DNA of 64,000 nt from Sphingomonadaceae bacterium. Lineage in GTDB: Bacteria > Pseudomonadota > Alphaproteobacteria > Sphingomonadales > Sphingomonadaceae. The stretch is from NCBI GenBank assembly GCA_046348605.1, contig JAXMDW010000001.1, forward strand, positions 712,739 to 776,738. The letters are read 5' to 3'. This document shows positions 51,696-61,613 of the stretch, one piece after another (the first letter of the stretch is position 1; every line of letters starts with the position of its first letter). A program made the translations under genes and the position numbers. The notes beneath the pieces were generated by a model. That model searched no databases. It worked only from the letters and a program-made list of their open reading frames with translations, and was not told where the DNA came from.

Positions 51696-52856
51696 TCAAG
51701 CCGCGCGGACGCCCGCATTCTCATTTTCGACCCAGTCGACCAGCAGGTTGAGCACCTTGCGCAGGGCCACCTCCTGCTCGTCGCTGCGTGCTTCGAGACT
51801 GTTGACGCGCGCCTCGATGCCGTCAAGCCGTTCGCCTATCAGGCGCTGTAGGTTGGCGCGGTCGCCATTGAGGCTGAGTGTGCTGCGCAAAGTGTCCAGC
51901 TCCTCGCGGATACGATGCAGTTCAAGCTCCTCGGTCGCCAGATTGGCCTCGATCGCTTCCACGACCGGCAGAGGATCATCCGAAGGTTCCATGGCAGAAA
52001 TTATGTGCTGCGGCTCAGTAGCAGGAGCGACTTCCTCAACCCCATGCTCTCCCAGCCCCATATCGGCGGCCACTGCCTCGACCGCGCTTGCATCGATTTC
52101 GGCAAGGTGATCGACCGCGCCGAGCAGCATCACGCGGCTCATCAGCGCGTTGATCCGCCGTGGCACGCCATCGGTCGCGGCATAGATCGCCGCAAAGGCA
52201 TCGCCGGTAAAATGCGGATTATCCTGCCAGCCGACCAACGACAGGCGATGGCGGATATAAGGCTCCACCTCGCTCGCCAGCATCGGTTCGAGATGGTGCG
52301 TCGCGATCACGCGCTGGCGGAGCTGCTCCAGCTCCGGCGCCGCAAGCAGATCGCGGAATTCCGGCTGGCCGAGCAGAAATATCTGGAGCAACGCCTGCCC
52401 GCCGAGCTGGAAATTGCTCAACATCCGTAGCTCCTCGATCGCGGAGACGGCAAGCCCCTGCGCCTCATCGACGATCAGCAGCGTCCGCAGGCCTTTCCGC
52501 GCCTGTGCATGGAGAAACGCCTCGATCCGCTGCAACAGTTGCGCTTTAGGCAATGCCTCCTCGGTGATGCCGAATTGCTGAGCCACGAGACGGAGCAGAT
52601 CGTCTCCCTCCACCTGCGTCGATACGATCTTCACCGCCGTCAGCCGTTGTGGGTCGATGGTCGACATCACATGGCCGACGAGCGTCGTCTTGCCCGCGCC
52701 GATGTCTCCCGTAATGACGATGAAGCCCTCGCCCTGCGCGAGGCCATAGCCGAGATAGGAGAGCGCCTTCCTGTGCGTCGCGCTTTCATAATAGAAATGC
52801 GGGTCCGGCGTCAGCTGAAACGGGCGACCCTGCAGCGCATAATATTGATCATACAT
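51696..52856 (-). CDS. XrtA/PEP-CTERM system ExeA-like ATPase
   Basis: PFQLTPDP, GDIGAGKTT, VDEAQ, LGQPE, QLRQR, GVPRRIN; coiled-coil C-terminus. Confidence 0.9.
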   Translation of the reverse strand: MYDQYYALQGRPFQLTPDPHFYYESATHRKALSYLGYGLAQGEGFIVITGDIGAGKTTLVGHVMSTIDPQRLTAVKIVSTQVEGDDLLRLVAQQFGITEEALPKAQLLQRIEAFLHAQARKGLRTLLIVDEAQGLAVSAIEELRMLSNFQLGGQALLQIFLLGQPEFRDLLAAPELEQLRQRVIATHHLEPMLASEVEPYIRHRLSLVGWQDNPHFTGDAFAAIYAATDGVPRRINALMSRVMLLGAVDHLAEIDASAVEAVAADMGLGEHGVEEVAPATEPQHIISAMEPSDDPLPVVEAIEANLATEELELHRIREELDTLRSTLSLNGDRANLQRLIGERLDGIEARVNSLEARSDEQEVALRKVLNLLVDWVENENAGVRAA

Positions 52857-52894
52857 GGTTTTCAGTCTCCACGAGGCTCCGCGCCTCGGCTGGT

Positions 52895-54487
52895 TCAGAA
52901 TTCATAGCGCACCCCCACCTGCCCCAGCAGGTTGACGATGGTTTCAATGGTTTCGGTATCGAGCGCATCGAGGCCAAGCGAAGCTTGCGCGCTCAAACGG
53001 CGACCGAAGATGCGGTTATAGGTTGCGTAGGCACCATAATTGGTGACGTCGATCCCTGCACCGCCGGCATCGAGATAGTTCGCATAGAGCGCGCCACCGA
53101 GGCTCGATTGCATGTCGAGCTTGTAACCGCCGAAGAGCTGCCCGAAATAATAGTCGTTATGCGTGCCGTCTGCGGCCGCGAAGATCGAGGCGCGCGGTGC
53201 GATGAACTTGCGCTGTGACCAGCCCGCCGCCGCGCCCCAGTTCCAGCGCCGCCCGCCATTCCAGCCATATTGCGCGATGACGCCGCGATGGCGGAAGTTG
53301 GAGCCGTTGATCGCCGCCAGCGTATCGTTGAGGCAGGTGCCACCGCTCTGGCCGTTGACGCAGCCGGTCAGATCGCCACTGAACGGGTTGCGCGCGGCGG
53401 TGAAATCGGTCGGGATCGCGATCAGATTGCCGTGCAGCGCGCGGCCAAAGCTGTCGATCCGGTCGAAATAGACGAGCTGGAACAGGCTGTGCGGCGTCGC
53501 GTGCCAGCTGAAACTGGCGGAATAGTGCATGCTGTCGTAGCGCTCACCGATCCGCGCCTCGAAGCTCGTGCGGCGGCTGGGCCGCCACAGCACGCCCGCA
53601 TCCCAGATGAAACCATCGACATCATAGGCGACAAGGCGGGGCACCGACGTATCCGAAATCAACCTGCCCGTACGATCCAGCACCGGGTTGCCCGACGTAT
53701 CGAGCAGGGCCGCGCGCTGGTCGATCTTGATATCTTCATATCCAACACCACCCACCAGCGCGAGCGTGTAGGTGATGGGCACAGTAATGTCCGCCCGCAC
53801 CCATTTGTCCTGATAGCGCTGGTCAAGCTCGCTCGCGTCCTCGCGTTCCCATCCCGCACCCAAAGCCCAACCGATCGGCAATGGGCCGGGCTGCATGCCT
53901 ACGGACGCCGTCGCGGTCTGGTAGACGCTCTCATCGAACACGCCGAAAGCGGGAACCCCGCCGACGTTGAAATTCACATCGTCTTCCAGCTTTGTGTAGC
54001 CGATGCGATAGGCTGCATTGACCGAAAGATCGTCGATATGGGTAGTAAGCGTCGGCCCCGCATAGGCCGAAAAGACGTGCGATACCGAGTCTCCTGCCGA
54101 AATCAGCGAACCATTGGCGCTCGACAACCCATCGGTGCGCACCCGTGTCGCAAGCGCACCGCCTTCGATGCTGAGCTTTTTGGGGATGACGGCATAGCGC
54201 CCCATGACGAGGCCAGAGAGAATGTCGCTATCCGGTGCCTTCTTGCCCCAGCCGAACTGATGCTCATAGCGTGCATCCGCGCGCACCTCGGTGCGGCTGG
54301 TGGTAAGTGTCGCATCGACGCCGATAGCGACTGAGGTGTAGGTCAGCACATCTCCGCCCGCGCCCTTCAAATTCGCAAGAACAGTCTGGTCCGCCTCGAT
54401 ATAGGGATGCACCTCTGTGCGCGCCTCAGCAACGCCTGCCACAAGGGCGAGAGCAAGCGCACCAGAGGAGCAGAGGAGGAGGCGCAT
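52895..54487 (-). CDS. PEP-CTERM system-associated outer-membrane beta-barrel protein
   Basis: Signal peptide, amphipathic beta strands, C-terminal VGVRYEF; position in the XrtA locus. Confidence 0.75.
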   Translation of the reverse strand: MRLLLCSSGALALALVAGVAEARTEVHPYIEADQTVLANLKGAGGDVLTYTSVAIGVDATLTTSRTEVRADARYEHQFGWGKKAPDSDILSGLVMGRYAVIPKKLSIEGGALATRVRTDGLSSANGSLISAGDSVSHVFSAYAGPTLTTHIDDLSVNAAYRIGYTKLEDDVNFNVGGVPAFGVFDESVYQTATASVGMQPGPLPIGWALGAGWEREDASELDQRYQDKWVRADITVPITYTLALVGGVGYEDIKIDQRAALLDTSGNPVLDRTGRLISDTSVPRLVAYDVDGFIWDAGVLWRPSRRTSFEARIGERYDSMHYSASFSWHATPHSLFQLVYFDRIDSFGRALHGNLIAIPTDFTAARNPFSGDLTGCVNGQSGGTCLNDTLAAINGSNFRHRGVIAQYGWNGGRRWNWGAAAGWSQRKFIAPRASIFAAADGTHNDYYFGQLFGGYKLDMQSSLGGALYANYLDAGGAGIDVTNYGAYATYNRIFGRRLSAQASLGLDALDTETIETIVNLLGQVGVRYEF

Positions 54488-54492
54488 GCGCC

Positions 54493-55449
54493 TTATCCCT
54501 CCCGCCCGTAATAACTGCCGAAGCGGCGGCCGCTGGCGGAGAATTTGACGCCATTCAGCAATAATTGCACCTGTGGGCAGGCTTTCAGCAGCTCCGCCGC
54601 ATCGCGCAGCGCCGTCTCGGTCGTGCGGTCTGCGCGGACGATGAGCAGTGTCAGATCGACATTGGCGGCAAGGATCGACGCCGCAGACGCCGCCAGCAAC
54701 GGCGCAGAGTCCATGATGACGATCCGCTCGGGTCTTGCCGAGACGAGCGCTTTCATGACGTCTTTCATCCGGCCCGACGATAGATATTCGGCGTCCTGTA
54801 TATTGCCTGTTCCTGCGGGCAGCACGGCGAGGCCTGAGAGATCGGTGCGGATCACATGATCCTCGACACGGAGCGCCGGGTTGGCGAGCACATCGAGCAG
54901 GCCCGCCTCAGCTTTCAGGCCGAGCAATTCTGCCACCTCCCGCTTTGCCACATCGGCATCGACGAGCAGCACCTCAAGCCCGCTTTCCGTCGCCAGCGAC
55001 AGCGCGAGGTTGACCGCGCAAAACGTCTTGCCTTCGCCTGGATGCGCCGAGGCGACCAGCACGACCTTGCCGTCATCATTCTCAGCCGCGCCACGTATTT
55101 CTGCCAACAGCTCACGCTTGATGATGCGGAATTCCTCGGCAAGGCCTGAAATCGGCGCACCGGGAACGAGGAAGCCATGCTCAGCCAACCCCTCGCGGCC
55201 CACAGGCACAGCGCGGGTCGACCAATCTGCCGCGCGCGACTTCGCAGGCGCGGAGACCAGGGATGAAGGCGTAACCACCGGCGGCGGCGGGATCATCTCC
55301 GCCGGAACTTCCAGCGGCGGCAGATTATTGCCCTTCAGCGCGCTGCGAAAATCGAACATGTCGGAGGCGCGCTCCAGCAAGCCCTTGGCAGGCTGGCGAG
55401 GGTCACGATGCGGAAAATCCTGTTTACCCATGTCCGTTTTTCCGTTCAT
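54493..55449 (-). CDS. Polysaccharide biosynthesis tyrosine autokinase (split Wzc, kinase part)
   Basis: EEFRIIK, GEGKT, LLVDAD, DSAP, C-terminal SYYG. Confidence 0.85.
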   Translation of the reverse strand: MNGKTDMGKQDFPHRDPRQPAKGLLERASDMFDFRSALKGNNLPPLEVPAEMIPPPPVVTPSSLVSAPAKSRAADWSTRAVPVGREGLAEHGFLVPGAPISGLAEEFRIIKRELLAEIRGAAENDDGKVVLVASAHPGEGKTFCAVNLALSLATESGLEVLLVDADVAKREVAELLGLKAEAGLLDVLANPALRVEDHVIRTDLSGLAVLPAGTGNIQDAEYLSSGRMKDVMKALVSARPERIVIMDSAPLLAASAASILAANVDLTLLIVRADRTTETALRDAAELLKACPQVQLLLNGVKFSASGRRFGSYYGREG

Positions 55450-56957
55450 GCCAAGCCGCGCTGAATGAACTCAACGACTATAAGCAGCAGACATGCAGCG
55501 CCCAACGCGCCGCTTGCGCCTGCGAAAATCTTCAGCCGATGCTTGCGCGCCTCGATTTGCGCCGCATTCAATGTCTCCGTCACCGTGCCAAGGACCGGCA
55601 GGCCCGAAGCCACCGCCAGCCGCGCAGCCGTCGGGAAGGTCGGGCGAACCTGCCCAAACAGGAATGCCGCGCCTACACCTGCGCCAATGCCGACGATCAA
55701 CACGCCAACCAGCAACAGCGGCCGGTTGGGCGAGGCAGGCGCACTCGGCATGCTCGGCGGATCGATGATGCGGAAACTCGCACCCTTGGTCTCGCTCTGT
55801 ACGTCGCCGCGCATACGCACATCGCCCCGATCGCTAAGCAGCTTGTCATATTGCGCCTTCAAGACGTCATAATCCCGGTCCAGCCGCTCGCCTTCCGAGG
55901 CAAGGCCGGGGTCGGCGATCTGCCGCGCCGTAACAGCCGCGAGATCCGATTCGATCTGCGCCTTGCGACCGACCAGCGCCTGCACCGCCGCCGCGCGCTC
56001 CGCCTGCATGGATTTGATCGAGAGATAGGCCGGATTGGGCGTACCGCCACCGCTAGCCGCGCTGCCACCCGCCGCCTTCAACGCCGCGATCTGGCGCTTC
56101 AACGCTACTACATCGGGGTGATTATCCGTCCAGCCGCGCGCTTTCGCCGTGGCAAGCTCGCCCTGCGCCTGCGCCAGCGCCGAAGGGCTACCGCCACCGC
56201 CGCCCGCTATCGTCGAGGGTGTTCCGGCGAGCTGACCGTTCATCGCCGCGAGTGCGCTCTGCGCGCCCATGAGCTGAGACTCGATCTGATTGAGTTCCGT
56301 CTGCGCTGCCACCATGCGATCAGAGATTGAACCCGCACCGGGTAAAATGCCTGCAAACTGCTGGTTGAACTCGACCCGCTTCTTCTCCGCTTCGGCCAGC
56401 GCCTTCCCTGTATCCGCAATCTGCTGATCGAGGAACGCCAGCCCCTGTTTCGTCTCGTCACGGTTGCCGGTGATGTTTTCCTGCTGGAAAATATCGAGCA
56501 GCTTCTGCGTGATCTGGTTGGCGAGCTTGGCGTTGGTGCGGTCGGAATTGCCGCTGTCCGCCATCGTCGTCGTGATCTCGAACAGGTTGTCCTCGGTCGA
56601 GACGATCGCGATCCTGTCCTTCAGCGAAGCAGCCCGCGCCGCGATGTCAGCATCGTTCGCCACCGTCCCGGCAAGGTCGGTGCCGCGCACGATTTTTATG
56701 AGATTATCTGCGCTGCCCAAAGTCTGGCGGATCGCGTCGAGGTTTTTCTGCTGTTCGACACTCGAAATGCCAATCTTGTCCTGAATGACGGACTGCGTGG
56801 CGACGTAGACCTTCGCCTTCGACTCATAGGCATTGGGAATCAGCGACACTGCCAGCCAGCCCAGCGCACACACGGCCCAGGCCACGCACAGCGCCAGCCA
56901 GCGCCGGTTCCATACGCCGTGCAGCGCGATCAGCAGTTCATCATAAAGGCTTGGCAT
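55446..56957 (-). CDS. XrtA system polysaccharide chain-length determinant (co-polymerase)
   Basis: Two TM segments flanking a coiled coil; TDNHPDV, FRIIDPP..P..P..PNR. Confidence 0.9.
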   Translation of the reverse strand: MPSLYDELLIALHGVWNRRWLALCVAWAVCALGWLAVSLIPNAYESKAKVYVATQSVIQDKIGISSVEQQKNLDAIRQTLGSADNLIKIVRGTDLAGTVANDADIAARAASLKDRIAIVSTEDNLFEITTTMADSGNSDRTNAKLANQITQKLLDIFQQENITGNRDETKQGLAFLDQQIADTGKALAEAEKKRVEFNQQFAGILPGAGSISDRMVAAQTELNQIESQLMGAQSALAAMNGQLAGTPSTIAGGGGGSPSALAQAQGELATAKARGWTDNHPDVVALKRQIAALKAAGGSAASGGGTPNPAYLSIKSMQAERAAAVQALVGRKAQIESDLAAVTARQIADPGLASEGERLDRDYDVLKAQYDKLLSDRGDVRMRGDVQSETKGASFRIIDPPSMPSAPASPNRPLLLVGVLIVGIGAGVGAAFLFGQVRPTFPTAARLAVASGLPVLGTVTETLNAAQIEARKHRLKIFAGASGALGAACLLLIVVEFIQRGLA

Positions 56958-56975
56958 CAGGCTTCGTCCAGTCCG

Positions 56976-57623
56976 TCAGAACATGCTTTCGGGGATGATG
57001 ATAACATCGCCCGGCGCGAGCAGCACGTTGGCCTTGGTGTCGCCATGCTTCACCAGATCGTTGATGCGGACCTTATATTCCTTCTGCTTGCCGGTCTGCT
57101 TGTCGAACCGCACGAGGCGCGCGCGGTTGCCGGCCGCATATTCGGAGAGGCCGCCGACAGAGATCATTGCATCAAGCAAGGTCATATTGGCGCGATAGGG
57201 AATGGCGGCGGGCTTTTCTGTCGCGCCGACGATGCGCACCTGCTGGCTGTAGGTGCCAGAGAAATTGTTGACGATCACCGAGACGAGCGGGTTCTGGATA
57301 TATTGCGACAGCGCAACCTTGATGTCCTCCGCCAGCACCTTGGGCGTCTTGCCGACGGCGGGTAGATCGCTGATCAGCGGCGTGGTGATGCGGCCATCGG
57401 GGCGCACCTGCACCTTCGCTCCCAGCTCCGGGTTGCGCCATACGAAGATGGTGAGCTCATCCAGCGGCCCGATCACATATTCCTCGCCCGGCCCTTCCTG
57501 GCTCGCGACGAAGGAGGCGGGGGGAAGCTGCGCACTGGGAGCCGTACCACCGCCGGAGCAACCGGCAAGTAGTAAGGCAGGCATAGCCAAGCCCATGATA
57601 TAGTTCATCAAATTCGCACGCAT
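56976..57623 (-). CDS. XrtA/PEP-CTERM polysaccharide export lipoprotein (Wza/OPX)
   Basis: Lipobox LAGC, YVIGPLD.L, VRPDGRI, L.PGDVIIIPES. Confidence 0.92.
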   Translation of the reverse strand: MRANLMNYIMGLAMPALLLAGCSGGGTAPSAQLPPASFVASQEGPGEEYVIGPLDELTIFVWRNPELGAKVQVRPDGRITTPLISDLPAVGKTPKVLAEDIKVALSQYIQNPLVSVIVNNFSGTYSQQVRIVGATEKPAAIPYRANMTLLDAMISVGGLSEYAAGNRARLVRFDKQTGKQKEYKVRINDLVKHGDTKANVLLAPGDVIIIPESMF

Positions 57624-57778
57624 AGCTCATCCATCCCAAAACGTAGCATTGCCGCAGACGAGCCTCCCCTCAGGGGTACCCGGCACGCAAGGCCGCTCAT
57701 AGTAACAGCTATTGCACGGAAACGGTGAACATAGCGTTAGGATTAGACGTGAAATCCAAGCTCTCTGGCCGGTTTCCC

Positions 57779-59014
57779 TTATTCGCCGACCAACAATTCC
57801 AGCGCGGACTTGTGACCCAGGAACGCTGCAGGCGATGCGCTGGCGCCATAAGCACCCGCGAGGAAGATCGCGACAAGATCGCCCGGCTCCGCTGGCGGGA
57901 GCGACACCTTGTCCGCCAGCCGGTCCAGCGGTGTGCAGAGACACCCCTCGATCGTCACCGGCTCTTCTGCCCCTTCCAGACCGAACTTGTTGGCAATCGC
58001 GACTGGATAATTGCGCCGCACCACCGTACCGAAATTGCCCGATGCGGCGAGTTGATGATGTAGGCCGCCGTCGACAATCGCGAATGTCTCGCCGTGACTC
58101 TGCTTCACATCGACGACCCGCGTCAAATACACCCCCGCCTCCGCCACCAGATATCGCCCCAGTTCCAGCGCGAACGCAGAGCCGCGCAGGCTATCTGGCG
58201 GAAGGCTCAACACTTCCTCCAGCGCAAGGCCGATGGCCTTCACGTCGAGCGGCAGATCGCCGGGGAAATAAGGCACACCAAAGCCCCCGCCGATATTGAC
58301 CAGCGGCGGAACCGCGCCCACCTCGTCCGAAAGCCGCGCCGCCAGCGCAACCGTCGCCGCCTGAGTCTCGATCAGCGCCGCAGGATCGAGCGCCTGACTG
58401 CCCGCGAAAATATGCCAGCCGCGCCAGTCCGCCCCTGCGCCGATCATCTGCTTCGCGAGTGCCGCCGCCCGATCCGCATCAATGCCGAACGGCTTTGCCC
58501 CGCCGCCCATCTTCATGCCCGATCCCTTGAGATCGAAGTCCGGGTTCACGCGCACCGCAAGCCGGGGCGTGACACCTACCGTCTCCGCGATCTTCAGTGC
58601 CCGCGCAGCCTCGCCTTCCGACTCGAGGTTGATCGTCACGCCCGCCTGTATCGCCGCACGCAGCTCATCATCGCGCTTGCCCGGCCCGGCAAAGCTGATC
58701 TGCTCTGCTGCCATGCCAGCGCCGAGCGCCATCTCCAGCTCGCCGCCAGACGCGATGTCGAACCCATCGACCAGCTCGGTCATCGCCGCGAGCAAGGGCG
58801 CATAGGGGTTGGCCTTCATCGCATAATGCAGATGCAATCCCTCCGGCATCGCCTCGCGCAACAACGCGACCTTGGCACAGACCACACCCATGTCATAAAC
58901 GAACACAGGCGTATCGCCCGCCTCATCCACCAGCGCAGCCGTACCGCAGCCGCCTATCAACAGCATACCCTCTTCCGCCTCGAACCATGGCGGTATCGGC
59001 CCCATCGGCTTCAT
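57779..59014 (-). CDS. PLP-dependent decarboxylase (fold III), exosortase A system-associated
   Basis: YAMKANP, DIASGGE, FAGPGK, HIFAGSQ, NIGGGFG, ELGRYLV, GCLCTPLD, GAYG. Confidence 0.9.
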   Translation of the reverse strand: MKPMGPIPPWFEAEEGMLLIGGCGTAALVDEAGDTPVFVYDMGVVCAKVALLREAMPEGLHLHYAMKANPYAPLLAAMTELVDGFDIASGGELEMALGAGMAAEQISFAGPGKRDDELRAAIQAGVTINLESEGEAARALKIAETVGVTPRLAVRVNPDFDLKGSGMKMGGGAKPFGIDADRAAALAKQMIGAGADWRGWHIFAGSQALDPAALIETQAATVALAARLSDEVGAVPPLVNIGGGFGVPYFPGDLPLDVKAIGLALEEVLSLPPDSLRGSAFALELGRYLVAEAGVYLTRVVDVKQSHGETFAIVDGGLHHQLAASGNFGTVVRRNYPVAIANKFGLEGAEEPVTIEGCLCTPLDRLADKVSLPPAEPGDLVAIFLAGAYGASASPAAFLGHKSALELLVGE

Positions 59015-60558
59015 GCCGGCTGGCCTTCCGTGAGAGAGCCCCAGTTGTTAGCCAGCTCCACGCGGTCGATCTTGCCATTTGGGTTGCGCGGGAACTGGTC
59101 CACCACAAGGATGTCAACGGGCATCATGAAATTCGGCAATTCCTTTTTGAGATAATCATGCAGCGCGTCCAGCACCCCTGCATGCCCTTCTGCAATGCGC
59201 ACCAACAGCAATACTGCCTGCCCCAGCCGCGCATCCGGCACGCCCAGCGCCACCGCTTCGGCTACGCCTTCAACAGACTGCGCCGCTTCCTCGACCTCGG
59301 TCGGACTGATGCGGTTGCCGGCGGATTTGATCATCGCATCCTCGCGCCCGACAAAATACAACAAGCCCTCGGCATCGCGCCGCACCGTATCGCCAGACCA
59401 CACCGCTCGCCCATCATAGCTCGATGACGGCGGCGCGGGCCGGAACCGCTCGGCGGTGCGGATCGGGTCGTTCCAGTAGCCTTGCGCTACTAGCGGCCCA
59501 CAATGCACCAGTTCACCAGGTTCGTCATCGTCCGTCAGGCTGCCATCAGGGCGACAGACAAGGATTTCCGCATGCGGGATCGCGCGGCCCATACTCTCCG
59601 GGTGTGTAGCGACCAGCTCCGGCGGCAGATAGGTGGAGCGAAACGCCTCGGTGAGGCCATACATCGGATAGATGTCCGCTTCGGGGAACAGTGTGTTCAG
59701 CCTCCCGATCAGTGCTTTCGTCAACGCGCCACCGCTGTTGCTGATGCGCTTTAGCCGCTCCGCCGTCTCTTCCGGCCATTCCGCCTCGGCAAGCTGCACC
59801 CAGAGCGGCGGTACGCCGGCGAGTGTCGTGATCCGCTCACGCTCGACCGCTTTCACAACATCACGCGCGGTCAGATAATCAAGCGGCACCACCGTTCCGC
59901 CCGCCGCCCATGTCGAGAAAAGCTGGTTCTGCCCATAATCGAAACTAAACGGCAACACCGCGAGCACGTTGTCCTGCGGCGTCAACCGCAGATACTCCGC
60001 CACCGACACCGCGCCGAGCCACAGGTTCGCGTGGCTCAGCATCACGCCCTTCGGCCTGCCGGTGGAGCCGGAGGTATAGAGGATCGCGGCAAGATCATCG
60101 GGTTTAGCGCTGGATGGTGCAAGCGCCTCACATTCCATTGACGCGGGCAGCACCGCGTCCTCGGATATAGACCGGCAACCGGCAGGCATATCGCCCGCCT
60201 CCAGCGTCGCGAGCCGGGAAGAGGTCGCCACCAGCAGCGCCGCGCCGCTATCCGTCAATATATGCGCCACTTGCGCGCGTTTCAGCAGCGGGTTGATCGG
60301 CACATGGATTAACCCCGCCCGCGCCGCCGCCAGTGGCATCAGGCAGGCGATCTGCCCCTTCGCCACCCAGCTCGCCACCCGCTCTCCCGGCGCGATGCCA
60401 AGGCCCAGCAGCCATGTTGCCAAACGCCCAACCGCCTGTTCCAACTCGGCATAAGTCAGCGACCCAGCCTTGCCCGCAATCGCAACTGCCACCGCCGCGC
60501 CCAAGGCGGGCAGATGATCGATGGGCCGCATCGGCAATTCACTTAACCCCATTTCCAT
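59011..60558 (-). CDS. AMP-forming (adenylation) ligase, exosortase A system-associated
   Basis: YTSGSTGRPKG, FSFDYG, YGLTEAFRS, SGD, GR.D.MIK, PRNPNGKIDR. Start uncertain (60531-60558). Confidence 0.9.
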   Translation of the reverse strand: MEMGLSELPMRPIDHLPALGAAVAVAIAGKAGSLTYAELEQAVGRLATWLLGLGIAPGERVASWVAKGQIACLMPLAAARAGLIHVPINPLLKRAQVAHILTDSGAALLVATSSRLATLEAGDMPAGCRSISEDAVLPASMECEALAPSSAKPDDLAAILYTSGSTGRPKGVMLSHANLWLGAVSVAEYLRLTPQDNVLAVLPFSFDYGQNQLFSTWAAGGTVVPLDYLTARDVVKAVERERITTLAGVPPLWVQLAEAEWPEETAERLKRISNSGGALTKALIGRLNTLFPEADIYPMYGLTEAFRSTYLPPELVATHPESMGRAIPHAEILVCRPDGSLTDDDEPGELVHCGPLVAQGYWNDPIRTAERFRPAPPSSSYDGRAVWSGDTVRRDAEGLLYFVGREDAMIKSAGNRISPTEVEEAAQSVEGVAEAVALGVPDARLGQAVLLLVRIAEGHAGVLDALHDYLKKELPNFMMPVDILVVDQFPRNPNGKIDRVELANNWGSLTEGQPA

Positions 60559-60580
60559 GACTTCGCGTTATAGCATCGAC

Positions 60581-61582
60581 ATGAACCGGGATAGAGACAT
60601 TTCCCCGCCGCGCAAAGTCGCGGGCGAAGAGGCGGGCTTTCACAGGCGCGCATGGTTCGACATGCTCGCCCGCCACTGCTTCTCCGGTCAGCGTGTCATG
60701 ATACCGGAAGCCCGCATCGGCAGCGCCAGCGCATTTCTGCCGCTGGTGGAGGAGAAAGGCCGGCTCTCATCGCTTTCCAATTACTACAGCTTCTCCTACG
60801 CGCCGATCTTCGAGGGGGTAGAAAAGCCGGAAGAGCGCGAAAAGCTGATAACCCAGATCGCTGCCGATCTGCGCCAGTCACAGGGCCGCATCAGCCTCTA
60901 TCCGCTGATCGACGACGATGACGGCCTACCGGATATGCTCCGCCAAGCCTTCACAAAAGCAGGATGGATCGCCATCCTTTCCTTAGCGGGCAGCAATCAT
61001 ATCATTGACGTAAACGGTAGGAAATTCGCCGCCTATTGGAAGGGTCGCCCCGGCGCACTGCGTTCCTCGGTAAGGCGGAAGGGCAAGAGCGCCCGCTATC
61101 GTTATGAGATTCATGAGCGGATGGATACAGCGCTCTGGGGTGAATATTTCGCCATCTATGCGGCAAGCTGGAAAGAGGCGGAACCCTATCCCGACATAGT
61201 CCGCGCCATCGCCGAAGAAGCAGGTGAGCGCGGTGCTTTACGCCTAGGCATCCTTCGTGACGGAGACCGCGCCGTCGCCGCGCAGCTCTGGACGATCGAA
61301 GGCGACACCGCCTGCATTCACAAGATTGCGCACGACACCAGCGAAGATGCGCGGTCGCCCGGCACCCTGCTCAGCCACCATATGTTCGCGCATATGATCG
61401 ATATCGAGAAGGTGTTTCGGATCGACTATGGCACCGGCAACAATGCCTACAAGCGGGACTGGATGGAACACGCCCGCCCGATGATGCGGCTCGATTGCTT
61501 CAACCCCTCCCACCCGCGCCAGTGGCTCCTCGCATTAAAAACCCGCATTTCCCAGCTTGTCGGGCGAGCCTCTTACAGCTAG
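60581..61582 (+). CDS. GNAT-fold (CelD/BcsL-like) acyltransferase
   Basis: SNYYS, Y..SWK..E, AAQLW, KIAHD...SPGTLL, IDYGTGNNAYKRDW. Confidence 0.8.
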   Translation: MNRDRDISPPRKVAGEEAGFHRRAWFDMLARHCFSGQRVMIPEARIGSASAFLPLVEEKGRLSSLSNYYSFSYAPIFEGVEKPEEREKLITQIAADLRQSQGRISLYPLIDDDDGLPDMLRQAFTKAGWIAILSLAGSNHIIDVNGRKFAAYWKGRPGALRSSVRRKGKSARYRYEIHERMDTALWGEYFAIYAASWKEAEPYPDIVRAIAEEAGERGALRLGILRDGDRAVAAQLWTIEGDTACIHKIAHDTSEDARSPGTLLSHHMFAHMIDIEKVFRIDYGTGNNAYKRDWMEHARPMMRLDCFNPSHPRQWLLALKTRISQLVGRASYS

Positions 61583-61613
61583 AGGCGCCCTAATGGGTGG
61601 CAATTCTCACAAA

